From NCBI GenBank assembly GCA_002753335.1, contig PEAD01000001.1:139245-203244 (forward strand): a stretch of 64,000 bases of DNA, in the 5' to 3' direction. A program made the translations under genes and the position numbers. A model generated the notes under the pieces. That model made no database searches, was not told the DNA's origin, and saw nothing but the letters and a program-made list of their open reading frames with translations. The stretch is from Nitrospirae bacterium MYbin3 (lineage in GTDB: Bacteria; Nitrospirota; Thermodesulfovibrionia; Thermodesulfovibrionales; Dissulfurispiraceae). This document shows positions 37,215 through 45,764 of the stretch, piece by piece. The stretch's first letter is position 1. Each line of letters opens with the position of its first letter.

Positions 37215-38903
37215 ATGCAGTGGTACCTGAATCTTAAAATAGGCGTGAAGTTATTGTCAGGTTTTATGCTTGTGGCTTTAATAGCGGGCATTATCGGTTT
37301 TGTGGGCATAAAAGGCATAAAGGATATAGATGAGGCTGATACTCTTATGTATGAAAAGGTTGTAGTTCCGCTTAATGATGCGGGCGATTTATCCATAGCA
37401 TTTCAGCGCATGCGGGTGAATCTGAGAGATTTGATAACGGCCACTAAGGATGAGGATATCCAGAGATTTGCCAACAGAATAAAAGAGCTTAGAGAAATTA
37501 TTGATAAAAATGCGGCTGCTGTTGAGAAGAGCATGGTAACGGAAGAAGGTAAAAAACTCTATGCCACTTTTGCTGAAACAAGAAAAGTATATGGCCCACT
37601 TGTTGATAAGATGGTAGTGCTGGCAAAAGAAAACAAGGATGCAGAGGCTCTTGCCTTAATGCAAGGAGAGGGGGGAAAGGCTTCTCGGGCTGAGCAGGAG
37701 GCTATAGAAAAAATGCTGGATGCCAAAGTTGCGCTTGGAAAGAAGACCGCTGCAGACAATACGGCGCTTGCAAATAATGCAACCAGAATTATGATTGGAT
37801 TAGTAATAGGCGGAGTAGTTATCTCTATAATCCTTGGCATATTCATATCGCGCATAATCAGCAGGGCTTTGAGCGAGGGTGTAACAGTCGCCAACACTCT
37901 TGCTGATGGGGATTTGAGAATAAACATTGATGTTAAGAGCAAAGATGAAACGGGACAACTCCTTGAAGCGCTTAGAAATATGTTAGCTAAGTTGAAGAGC
38001 ATAGTTGGAGAAGTAAAGACGGCGGCCGACAATGTGGCGTCGGGCTCGCAGGAATTAAGTTCAGGCGCACAGCAGATATCTCAGGGCGCAACAGAGCAGG
38101 CAGCATCTGTTGAAGAGACCTCATCCGCAATGGAGGAGATGACCTCAAACATCAAACAGAATTCTGACAATGCGCAGCAGACAGAGAAGATTGCGCAGAA
38201 ATCGGCGGTTGATGCGCGTGAAGGCGGCAAAGCGGTTGCTGAAACCGTAACCGCAATGAAAGAAATAGCGAGCAAGATATCGATAATAGAAGAGATAGCC
38301 AGACAAACCAACCTGCTTGCGCTGAATGCGGCGATAGAGGCGGCAAGGGCAGGAGAGCATGGCAAGGGCTTTGCTGTGGTTGCATCTGAGGTCAGAAAGC
38401 TAGCTGAAAGAAGCCAGACCGCAGCAGGCGAGATAAGCCATCTGTCATCATCTAGCGTGCAGATAGCGGAGAAAGCCGGAGAGATGCTGACCAAGATAGT
38501 GCCGGACATCCAGCGGACGGCAGAACTGGTGCAGGAGATAAGCGCATCCAGCAAAGAGCAGGACACAGGGGCGGAGCAGATAAACCAGTCTATACAGCAA
38601 CTGGATCAGGTAATACAGCAGAATGCCGGGGCAGCAGAAGAGTTGGCCTCCACATCAGAGGAGCTTTCATCTCAGGCCGAACAGCTTCAAAGCACAATAT
38701 CGTTTTTCAAAACTGACGATACCGGAACCGCAGCAAGAAGGGTTGTTGCAAAGAAACCAGCACACAAGATTCAGGTGGCCCACACAGCCAAAAAGATCGA
38801 AGGGCCTAAAGCGGCTAAAGCCATTACAGGCAGAGGCGTAGCTCTTGATATGAATGAGGGGGCAAAGGCCGGAGACGACGACAAGGAATTTGAGAAATAC
38901 TAA
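37215..38903 (+). CDS. Methyl-accepting chemotaxis protein (four-helix-bundle sensor, HAMP, signalling domain)
   Basis: 562-aa ORF with two TM helices flanking a periplasmic region of about 170 aa, a HAMP segment and the signalling hairpin [38 protein letters not shown]. Confidence 0.92.
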   Translation: MQWYLNLKIGVKLLSGFMLVALIAGIIGFVGIKGIKDIDEADTLMYEKVVVPLNDAGDLSIAFQRMRVNLRDLITATKDEDIQRFANRIKELREIIDKNAAAVEKSMVTEEGKKLYATFAETRKVYGPLVDKMVVLAKENKDAEALALMQGEGGKASRAEQEAIEKMLDAKVALGKKTAADNTALANNATRIMIGLVIGGVVISIILGIFISRIISRALSEGVTVANTLADGDLRINIDVKSKDETGQLLEALRNMLAKLKSIVGEVKTAADNVASGSQELSSGAQQISQGATEQAASVEETSSAMEEMTSNIKQNSDNAQQTEKIAQKSAVDAREGGKAVAETVTAMKEIASKISIIEEIARQTNLLALNAAIEAARAGEHGKGFAVVASEVRKLAERSQTAAGEISHLSSSSVQIAEKAGEMLTKIVPDIQRTAELVQEISASSKEQDTGAEQINQSIQQLDQVIQQNAGAAEELASTSEELSSQAEQLQSTISFFKTDDTGTAARRVVAKKPAHKIQVAHTAKKIEGPKAAKAITGRGVALDMNEGAKAGDDDKEFEKY

Positions 38904-38963
38904 AGTCGGCTGGATAAAGGCCAGATAAACCTTAAACTTTACAGATAAGAAAGGAGTTTATTT

Positions 38964-39470
38964 ATGAGCGTAGCCGGCGTAACAGAAACAACGCAATACC
39001 TCACCTTCAAATTAGATGATGAAGTATTCGCGCTTGATATAGCAAAGGTAAGAGAGGTATTGGATTTTACCACAGTAACAAAGGTGCCGAGGACGCCCGA
39101 TTTTATGAGAGGCGTGATAAATCTGCGGGGCAGTGTGGTGCCTGTAGTTGACATGAAGCTGAAGTTTGGCATGTCAACAACCCAAAAGACGGTCAACACC
39201 TGCATAATCATCGTTGAGGTGGTGGTGGAAGGGGAATCAGCCATTCTTGGCGCCCTTGCCGATTCAGTGCAGGAGGTTATAGACCTTGAGCCGAACCAGA
39301 TAGAGCCTTCACCCAAGATAGGCACAAGGCTGAAGACCGAATTCATCAAGGGCATGGGCAAGAGGGACAATAACTTTATCATCATCTTGGACATAAACAA
39401 GGTCTTTTCTGCTGACGAGCTTTCGCTTGTTCAGGGAGCTAATGGCCTGCCTGCAGCCTCTGACCAGTAA
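38964..39470 (+). CDS. cheW: CheW coupling protein
   Basis: 168-aa ORF with the typical CheW pattern QYLTFKLDDEVFALDIAKVREV...VINLRGSVVPVVD. Confidence 0.9.
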   Translation: MSVAGVTETTQYLTFKLDDEVFALDIAKVREVLDFTTVTKVPRTPDFMRGVINLRGSVVPVVDMKLKFGMSTTQKTVNTCIIIVEVVVEGESAILGALADSVQEVIDLEPNQIEPSPKIGTRLKTEFIKGMGKRDNNFIIILDINKVFSADELSLVQGANGLPAASDQ

Positions 39471-39543
39471 CAATCATTTATTAAGGCATAGGCGGCATTA
39501 CGCTGCCTATGCCTTAAATCTTAAAGAACACAGAAGGGCTTAG

Positions 39544-40395
39544 ATGGATTATGTAGGCACAATGAAGCTCAAGGATTTTGAGCGGCTCAGCCGCTTCATA
39601 GAGACGGAGCTCGGCATAAAAATGCCGACGACCAAAAAGACTATGATCGAATCACGCCTGCAAAAAAGGCTCCGTATTCTCGGGCTGAAATCTTTTGATG
39701 AATACTGTGAATATCTATTCAGCGGCGACGGCATGGAAGAGGAGCTGGTGCATATGATAGACATGGTTACCACAAACAAAACCGATTTCTTCCGCGAGTC
39801 GTCACATTTTGATTATCTTGTGCAGAAGGTGCTTCCGGAGATGATAAAAGAGTCTGGATCGGGAGTAATGAATACCTTTATGGCGTGGAGCGCCGGCTGT
39901 TCAACAGGCGAGGAGCCTTACACGCTTGCTATGGTTTTAAGTGAGTTCGGCCTTAGATATCCCGGTCTTTCTTTTCAATACATGATCCTTGCGACCGACA
40001 TTTCAACGAGGGTGCTTCAGGCCGCAAGCAAAGCTACATACGCTGAAGACCGTATCAGTCCTATTTCTCTAGAGCTCAGGAAAAAGTATTTGCTAAGGAG
40101 CAGGGACAGGGAGCAGGGTCTTGTGAGGTTCGTTCCTGAGCTTAGGTCCCATGTAAGGTTTCGCAGGCTGAATTTTCTTGAAGGAGACTTCGGAATGCGC
40201 GAGCAGTTTGATGTGATTTTCTGCAGAAATGTTTTCATTTATTTCGACAAGCAGACTCAGGAGGACATTATGAGCAAGTTCTGCAGGCATCTTAAACCCG
40301 GAGGATATATATTCATAGGCCAGTCCGAAAGCTTCACAGGAACGGATCTTCCTCTCAAAAGGGTCAATCCCTCTGTATATAAAAAGGTGGCATGA
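39544..40395 (+). CDS. cheR: CheR chemotaxis protein methyltransferase
   Basis: 283-aa ORF with the SAM-binding region [14 protein letters not shown] and [10 protein letters not shown] motifs. Confidence 0.92.
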   Translation: MDYVGTMKLKDFERLSRFIETELGIKMPTTKKTMIESRLQKRLRILGLKSFDEYCEYLFSGDGMEEELVHMIDMVTTNKTDFFRESSHFDYLVQKVLPEMIKESGSGVMNTFMAWSAGCSTGEEPYTLAMVLSEFGLRYPGLSFQYMILATDISTRVLQAASKATYAEDRISPISLELRKKYLLRSRDREQGLVRFVPELRSHVRFRRLNFLEGDFGMREQFDVIFCRNVFIYFDKQTQEDIMSKFCRHLKPGGYIFIGQSESFTGTDLPLKRVNPSVYKKVA

Positions 40396-41455
40396 AAAAA
40401 ATAAGGGTTTTGATAGTTGACGATTCGGCTGTTGTAAGACAGACCCTTACCAACATTATTACATCCGACCCGGAACTCGAAATCATGGCGACCGCGGCAG
40501 ACCCTTTTATAGCGGCCGAACGGATTGCTGAAGAGGTTCCTGATGTTATAACTCTTGATGTGGAAATGCCGAGAATGGACGGCATCACCTTTTTAACCAA
40601 GATAATGAGCCAGCATCCTATTCCGATAGTAATCGTCTCAAGTCTTGCTGACGAGGGATCCGAGACGGCGATGAAGGCGTTGGAAAACGGGGCTGTGGAT
40701 ATAATCACAAAACCGAAGATGGGCACAAAGCAGTTCCTTGAGGAATCCAGAACCTTGGTCTGCGATACCATCAAAGCAGCGGCCGCGACAAAGGCCAAGA
40801 TAAAAGTTGTCAGGCCACGCAGTTCTCTGGTAGCGCCTAAACTAACAGCGGATGCTGTTCTTGCCAAGCCTACAAAGGCAATGGCACAGACAACAGAAAA
40901 AGTTATCGCGGTGGGAGCCTCCACCGGAGGTACAGAGGCGCTCAGGGAATTCCTCGAGTCCTTGCCGCTTGATTCTCCCGGTATTGTAATAGTTCAGCAC
41001 ATGCCCGAAAACTTTACGGCCGCTTTCGCAAAACGTCTTGACGGCATTTGCAGGATATCGGTTAAAGAGGCCGAAAATAACGACACTGTTATCAGGGGTA
41101 GGGCATTGATAGCACCCGGCAACAAGCACATGCTCTTAAAAAGAAGCGGTGCGAGATATTATGTCGAGGTCAAAGACGGACCTCTGGTTTCGCGTCACAG
41201 ACCTTCTGTGGATGTCCTGTTTCGTTCAGCAGCGCAGTACGGCGGCAAAAATGTTATGGGCGTAATCATGACAGGCATGGGTGATGACGGGCGCGGGGTA
41301 TGAAGGAAATGAAAGACGCCGGAGCTTTCAATATTGCACAGGACGAAGAATCCTGTGTTGTTTTCGGCATGCCTAAAAAGGCGATAGAACACGGCGCAGT
41401 TGACGAGATAGTCCCTCTGAAAAACATATCAAAAGTCATATTCGAAAATCTCTGA
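40392..41455 (+). pseudogene. cheB: CheB methylesterase/response regulator interrupted by a -1 nt frameshift
   Basis: The frame from 40392 (REC: [16 protein letters not shown]; esterase: GASTGG, VQHMP, GMGDDG) stops at TGA 41301-41303. The conserved C-terminus ([30 protein letters not shown]...) continues in another frame, open from 41288 to TGA 41453-41455. One missing base in the G-run at about 41289-41291 would restore a normal CheB. Confidence 0.8.
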
Positions 41456-41484
41456 GCATCTGTTTCTAAGTAAAAACTGGAGGA

Positions 41485-42381
41485 ATGATGTCAAAACTTA
41501 CAGACAGCGAACTGATAGCAGAGCTTAAAAACCGGTTTGAGGAACAGGGCAGGGCCCTTCATGACTTGATGGTTATGACCCGAAAACTGGAGGATGTAAA
41601 CAGCAAGCTTCAGGAGTCGGAGACTATGAAAAGCCACTTTATATCAAACATCAAAAACGAAATAAATAATCCGTTGTCAGTAATTTTGGCGATGTCCGAA
41701 ACCATGTCAGGATTACAGTCCTACGCGGTTGAAGAGATCGCTTCAATGGGAGAGTTGATCTTCACCGAAGCCTTTACACTCGATTTTCAGCTCAAAAACA
41801 TTTTTGCGGCGGCAGAGATAGAGGCTGGAGAGGCCTCTCCTTACATTTCGAATGTGGACATAGACAGCCTTTTGCGAGGATTGGTGGATGTTTATAAAAA
41901 GAGGACGTTGTCTAAAAAACTGACAATAAGTTTTGAATGGATAGGCGATGTGGTTAAAAACAGTTTTAAGACCGATTCAGAAAAGCTGGAACTAATCCTT
42001 TCAAACCTTATTTCGAACGCCATAGAATACACCTCCGAAGGCGGCAAGGTGGCGGTAAAAGCATGGCGGCATGACAATAGTCTGAACATCATAGTTGAGG
42101 ACACAGGCATAGGTATAGGCGAGGATGACAAGCAGGTTATCTTTGAACGCTTCAAGCAGCTTGAGGAAGGCGTACGTAAAAGGCACAAAGGCCACGGCTT
42201 GGGACTAAGCGTGACCAAAGCACTTGTGGAGTTGCTTGGAGGAACTATTTCTGTGGTCAGCATTAAAGACAGAGGCAGCATATTCACAGTATTTATTCCC
42301 GAGATTTCGGGGAAAGAGGGGATTGATGTTTTTTCTGATGACGGTAATGAATTTTTCTTTGAGGAGGAAACTAAATTTTAG
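41485..42381 (+). CDS. Histidine-kinase-like ATPase (DHp-like + HATPase_c) lacking the canonical H-box histidine
   Basis: 298-aa soluble ORF. The H-box position reads FISNIKNEINNPL (Asn where SHELRTPL has His). N box LISNAIEYT, G1 EDTGIGI and G2 GHGLGLS are intact. Confidence 0.8.
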   Translation: MMSKLTDSELIAELKNRFEEQGRALHDLMVMTRKLEDVNSKLQESETMKSHFISNIKNEINNPLSVILAMSETMSGLQSYAVEEIASMGELIFTEAFTLDFQLKNIFAAAEIEAGEASPYISNVDIDSLLRGLVDVYKKRTLSKKLTISFEWIGDVVKNSFKTDSEKLELILSNLISNAIEYTSEGGKVAVKAWRHDNSLNIIVEDTGIGIGEDDKQVIFERFKQLEEGVRKRHKGHGLGLSVTKALVELLGGTISVVSIKDRGSIFTVFIPEISGKEGIDVFSDDGNEFFFEEETKF

Positions 42382-42875
42382 TGCAGACCGCCACAGATAT
42401 AGAGGTAAATGAGCATTACCTTTATCCCGGACAGCTTTTTGCAGCCCCCGCCCCTTACGTAATTACTACGATACTTGGCTCCTGCGTTTCTGTCTGTTTA
42501 TGGGACCCGGTTTTAAGAATAGGCGGAATGAACCATTACCTTTTGCCTTTCTGGAACGGAGATGGTCTGCCTTCGCCCAAATACGGAAATATCGCTATCC
42601 CCAAGCTTATAGAAAAAATGCTTTCTATCGGCTCCCAAAGATCAAACCTTAAGGCAAAGGTGTTCGGAGGCGGGGCTGTGCTTGAGACATCAGGAGGTCT
42701 TCTTAATGTTGGAGAACGAAATATCATGTTATATAAAGATCTGCTTGAAAACGAAAAGATGCCGGTCTTATGCTCAGACACCGGAGGCACGCAGGGAAGA
42801 AAGGTGATCTTTCACAGCGACACCGGCGAAGTGTTTGTTAAGAAGATACAAAAGGCAATTAGACCTATTGGATAA
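42381..42875 (+). CDS. cheD: CheD chemoreceptor glutamine deamidase
   Basis: 164-aa ORF with a GTG start overlapping the preceding stop. Catalytic-Cys region TILGSCVSVCLWD and GGMNHYLLP motif. Confidence 0.9.
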   Translation: MQTATDIEVNEHYLYPGQLFAAPAPYVITTILGSCVSVCLWDPVLRIGGMNHYLLPFWNGDGLPSPKYGNIAIPKLIEKMLSIGSQRSNLKAKVFGGGAVLETSGGLLNVGERNIMLYKDLLENEKMPVLCSDTGGTQGRKVIFHSDTGEVFVKKIQKAIRPIG

Positions 42876-42917
42876 GTTAAAAAGACAGGAAAACCACTTA
42901 ATCTTGAGGAGGGAGAT

Positions 42918-43220
42918 ATGGAACTAAAAGAAACAGGTCAGTCTGAGATCACAATTTTGGGAAACATAAGAAATATTGAAGACTATTTGGCGATCAAGAA
43001 AATGATTATTACCATGATAGATAAGGGTGAGAAGAACATAACGATAAAAGTTATTGAATCAATGACTATGAACTCCTCAATTATAGGTTTTATGCTAAAG
43101 GTGGTGTTTGAGGAAAAAATAATCTTAAACCTTCGGGTAAAAAACGACATTCTTTACAATCTTCTCAAAACTCTGAATCTTGTAAAACCGTTTCATGTAA
43201 AGAAGATTAAAGATAAATAA
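42918..43220 (+). CDS. Small STAS-like protein (tentative)
   Basis: 100-aa ORF with GGAGGGAG RBS. Its pattern ITILGNI...NITIKVIESMTMNSSIIGFMLKV resembles the beta-alpha layout and Ser-containing loop of STAS domains. Weak assignment by eye. Confidence 0.5.
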   Translation: MELKETGQSEITILGNIRNIEDYLAIKKMIITMIDKGEKNITIKVIESMTMNSSIIGFMLKVVFEEKIILNLRVKNDILYNLLKTLNLVKPFHVKKIKDK

Positions 43221-43297
43221 AAAGCAGTCAACACCGGACTCTCAAGTTGCCTTAAATGGGAAATTTAGCTAAGGACTTTTTTAAAAACACAAGGGCT

Positions 43298-43534
43298 TTA
43301 TAATTCATCCCCATGAATTGGCTTGCGACTTGGAACCTTAGATAATATTTTTTTAAAATCTGTTTTGTTTGCCCGTTTGGCTCTTTGTTTGAGGTAGTCT
43401 TCTGTCATTAAGGCAGAAATTTTTTCTGATACCGCAGAAGATATAAATTGATTGATCGATACACCCTCTTTGGTCGCAATATCTTTAATATGACGATGTA
43501 TTGAGTTCGGCAAACGCAGACTTAAAGCGCTCAT
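43298..43534 (-). CDS. Ribbon-helix-helix/HicB-like antitoxin
   Basis: Preferred start ATG 43534 (MSALSLRLPNSIHRHIKDIATKEGVSINQFISSAV...) overlaps the PIN gene stop (ATGA). The N-terminal RHH-type strand-helix-helix pattern is present. Confidence 0.72.
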   Translation of the reverse strand: MSALSLRLPNSIHRHIKDIATKEGVSINQFISSAVSEKISALMTEDYLKQRAKRANKTDFKKILSKVPSRKPIHGDEL

Positions 43535-43956
43535 AATAAATCCTCCCATAATTTCTTTGGTGTTATTGCTGTTACATTAAAACGCTCTATGTTTTTAAAG
43601 TGTCTGGTATTGTGAGTTACGATAAACTTTGAACCAGAGGCCACGGCTAATTCCAGCAAAAGGTCATCTTTAGCGTCATACAGGCAGGGACGCCACAGAA
43701 AATATATCTTTTGATGTTCGCTCTGCATGCAAAAATAATTTAAAATCTTTTCTATTTCCCTAGTTGATAATCCTAACTGTGCTTGGTTTCTCTTAAAGAT
43801 GTCTTCATACTCAAATATAAGCGTGGTTGATAGCACCATCTGAACTTTGCCTTCTTCTATTGCTTCTAGAATCTTAAACGAAGCGCCTTTAGATGAATAA
43901 AGCCCTGAATAAAGCACATTCGTATCAAGAATAATTCTAAACTTATTTCGCTGCAT
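43531..43956 (-). CDS. PIN-domain toxin
   Basis: 141-aa ORF with the N-terminal acidic motif IILDTNVL and later conserved acidic residues (EYEDI, DAKDD). Coupled to the small RHH gene. Confidence 0.8.
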   Translation of the reverse strand: MQRNKFRIILDTNVLYSGLYSSKGASFKILEAIEEGKVQMVLSTTLIFEYEDIFKRNQAQLGLSTREIEKILNYFCMQSEHQKIYFLWRPCLYDAKDDLLLELAVASGSKFIVTHNTRHFKNIERFNVTAITPKKLWEDLL

Positions 43957-44014
43957 ATTATAATACTACATTTGGTATCATTTAGCTGTTAATAAAACAA
44001 AGATTTTTATTCAG

Positions 44015-44029
44015 TGCCCCTCCGCCATT
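44015..44029 (+). repeat. Direct repeat copy 2 (att-like partial tRNA-Ser 3' end)
   Basis: TGCCCCTCCGCCATT, identical to 31849-31863. Overlaps the stop codon (44028-44030) of the minus-strand gene to its right. Confidence 0.85.
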
Positions 44030-45023
44030 AAAACCCCTCGACTTTGCGCAAGCTTATTCCAAGCTGAGCTTCAAGATCGTATTTTATTCCATGCACAACA
44101 CCGCCTCCGTTTGCGCAGCAAAGTTTTCTTGCCCTGACATCCTCGATCCAAAGAGGCTCTGAGGCCTCTGCCCGTATGCTGGCTATCATCCGCATTTTCA
44201 GAACTTCAAGTTCATCGTACGAGAGTTCATCCGACAGTGACTGGAATTTTTTCATTATTCGCAGCTTGGCCAGATGAGGGATGCTTCCATTCTGTACGAT
44301 AATGTCGAACATCAAAGCGGCCGCTCTTTCTGACCATAAACCATACTCCCTGCACAGTTCAAGCGCAGCTTTGTACTCCTCAGCCGCATGTTTTACCTGT
44401 ATTTCTCTGAATTTTTCATCCCGTCCAAGGGCCTTGAACATGCCTCTCCAGGGCTCATAAATTATGTGCTTTGCCGGATGTTGAATCGAATGCGCGAAGG
44501 CCATAAGATCTTGCTTGCTCGAAAATAATGCCGTTAATAGTGTTTCGAGCCGGTCATGAAATATAGCTTCGACAACATGCCGCTCCTTCTCTAAGATTTC
44601 GAATAGTAGCTGCTGCAGGGTGCCCTTGCCAAAGTTCCACTGCAAAATGCCTAGACTGATTCCCTGCCCGTCAAAGTCGCCGCTCAGACCGGAGAAGCAT
44701 TCTGGCATAGCAAGTCCAGTTTCGAAGGCTCCGGAGAGGGCCAGGCATCTGTAAGGAAGAGGCTTCGAAACGACTTTAGGTTCAGGAATCTCTTGCTTTT
44801 CGAAAAGTTTTGCCCACGTGTTTGGGCCTACGATGCCATCTGCACTAAGACTATTATCTTGCTGAAAATTCATGACAGAAGATTGGGTATGCCCTCCAAA
44901 AGCTCCGTCAACGTGGCCTTTGTAATAGCCTAAATCCCAGAGACGGTGCTGTATCTGCCTTACTTCATCGCCTTTAGAGCCGAGTTTATATAGGGGCGTC
45001 TGTTTTTTATTTTCTGTATTCAT
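44028..45023 (-). CDS. Peptidoglycan-binding domain protein with a lysozyme-like C-terminal domain (endolysin-like)
   Basis: Preferred start ATG 45023 (MNTENKK...); the frame is open to 45131. N-terminal PG_binding_1 pattern (GSKGDEVRQIQHRLWDLGYYKGHVDGAFGGHTQSSVMNFQQDNSLSADGIVGPNTW). No signal peptide. The C-terminal region has a Glu...Asp-Gly-x-Gly pattern (AFETG...DFDGQGISLGILQWNFG) reminiscent of lysozyme-superfamily hydrolases. Confidence 0.72.
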   Translation of the reverse strand: MNTENKKQTPLYKLGSKGDEVRQIQHRLWDLGYYKGHVDGAFGGHTQSSVMNFQQDNSLSADGIVGPNTWAKLFEKQEIPEPKVVSKPLPYRCLALSGAFETGLAMPECFSGLSGDFDGQGISLGILQWNFGKGTLQQLLFEILEKERHVVEAIFHDRLETLLTALFSSKQDLMAFAHSIQHPAKHIIYEPWRGMFKALGRDEKFREIQVKHAAEEYKAALELCREYGLWSERAAALMFDIIVQNGSIPHLAKLRIMKKFQSLSDELSYDELEVLKMRMIASIRAEASEPLWIEDVRARKLCCANGGGVVHGIKYDLEAQLGISLRKVEGF

Positions 45024-45762
45024 GGTGAAAATTTTTGTCGTAAAGCCGCGATTCCTTGCCGAGCGAAATTTGGGAAGCTTTAAGCGAATCGCCCACGTAT
45101 ATGAGCGCAGTTTTTTTAATGCCTCCGTCATGCACTATTTTTTCTATATCTTTTAAGACCCCACGAAACAGCCGCTGTTCCGGCCATGATGCCTTTTCTA
45201 TCACCGCTATCGGCGTATCTTCAGAGTATCCCTCCAGAAGCTCTTTTTTTACTTTTTCTATCATGCCGACGCTCAGAAAAATAACCATAGAGGCTTTATG
45301 TCTTGCAAGCTCCCGCAGCTGTTCGGCTTCCGGAACCGGAGTGCGGCCTTCCAACCGCGTGAATATTACGGTCTGGCTTATTTCTGGAATAGTCAACTCC
45401 TGACCCAAGGCTGCTGCGCCTGCCATGGCCGAAGATACCCCTGGCACAACTTCGTATTGGATGTTTAGAGTCCGCAATCTTTCTATCTGCTCCGAGATGG
45501 CGCTGTAAAACGAGGTGTCGCCGGTATGAAGGCGGACTAAGGTTTTCTCTGACAGCGCAGCCTCTTTCATTATCGAGACTATTTCGTCCAGATTCATTTT
45601 TGCCGAATCATAAATTACAGCCTTGATATTTTTCAAAAGCTCCGGATTTACAAGGCTTCCGGCGTATATGACCACATCGGCAGCATCAAGCAGCCTTCTT
45701 CCTTTCAAGGTAATAAGTTCAGGATCTCCTGGGCCGGCGCCAACAAAATAAATTATGCCCAT
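45007..45762 (-). CDS. cbiF: Precorrin-4 / cobalt-precorrin-4 C11-methyltransferase
   Basis: 251-aa ORF with the tetrapyrrole methylase signature VGAGPGDPELITLKG and VIYAGSLV. Length and sequence fit CbiF/CobM. Confidence 0.88.
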   Translation of the reverse strand: MGIIYFVGAGPGDPELITLKGRRLLDAADVVIYAGSLVNPELLKNIKAVIYDSAKMNLDEIVSIMKEAALSEKTLVRLHTGDTSFYSAISEQIERLRTLNIQYEVVPGVSSAMAGAAALGQELTIPEISQTVIFTRLEGRTPVPEAEQLRELARHKASMVIFLSVGMIEKVKKELLEGYSEDTPIAVIEKASWPEQRLFRGVLKDIEKIVHDGGIKKTALIYVGDSLKASQISLGKESRLYDKNFHHEYRK

Positions 45763-45764
45763 TT

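Larger units (their letters stand above)
31849..44029. mobile_element. Putative integrase-less genomic island at tRNA-Ser carrying a chemosensory cluster and two TA modules
   Basis: Bounded by identical 15-bp direct repeats, one of which is the 3' end of tRNA-Ser. TA modules sit at both inner edges. No integrase or transposase ORF inside. Confidence 0.45.

Noticed and set aside
37559-38566. Long antisense ORFs (157 aa, 161 aa, plus smaller ones) opposite the second MCP; the same pattern occurs at 55502-56368 opposite the third MCP
   Set aside because: MCP coiled-coil regions are Ala/Glu/Ser/Gln rich and generate stop-free antisense frames. The products are low-complexity Ser/Ala/Cys strings with no start context.
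40364-40924. 186-aa minus-strand ORF opposite cheB
   Set aside because: It is antisense to the conserved receiver domain of CheB, is Ala/Ser/Thr-rich and has no start context.
31864-44014. Integrase, excisionase or transposase expected in a tRNA-linked island
   Set aside because: All ORFs over 60 aa on both strands were inspected. None shows tyrosine-recombinase (R..H..R..Y), serine-recombinase or DDE-like features. The island call therefore stays at moderate confidence.
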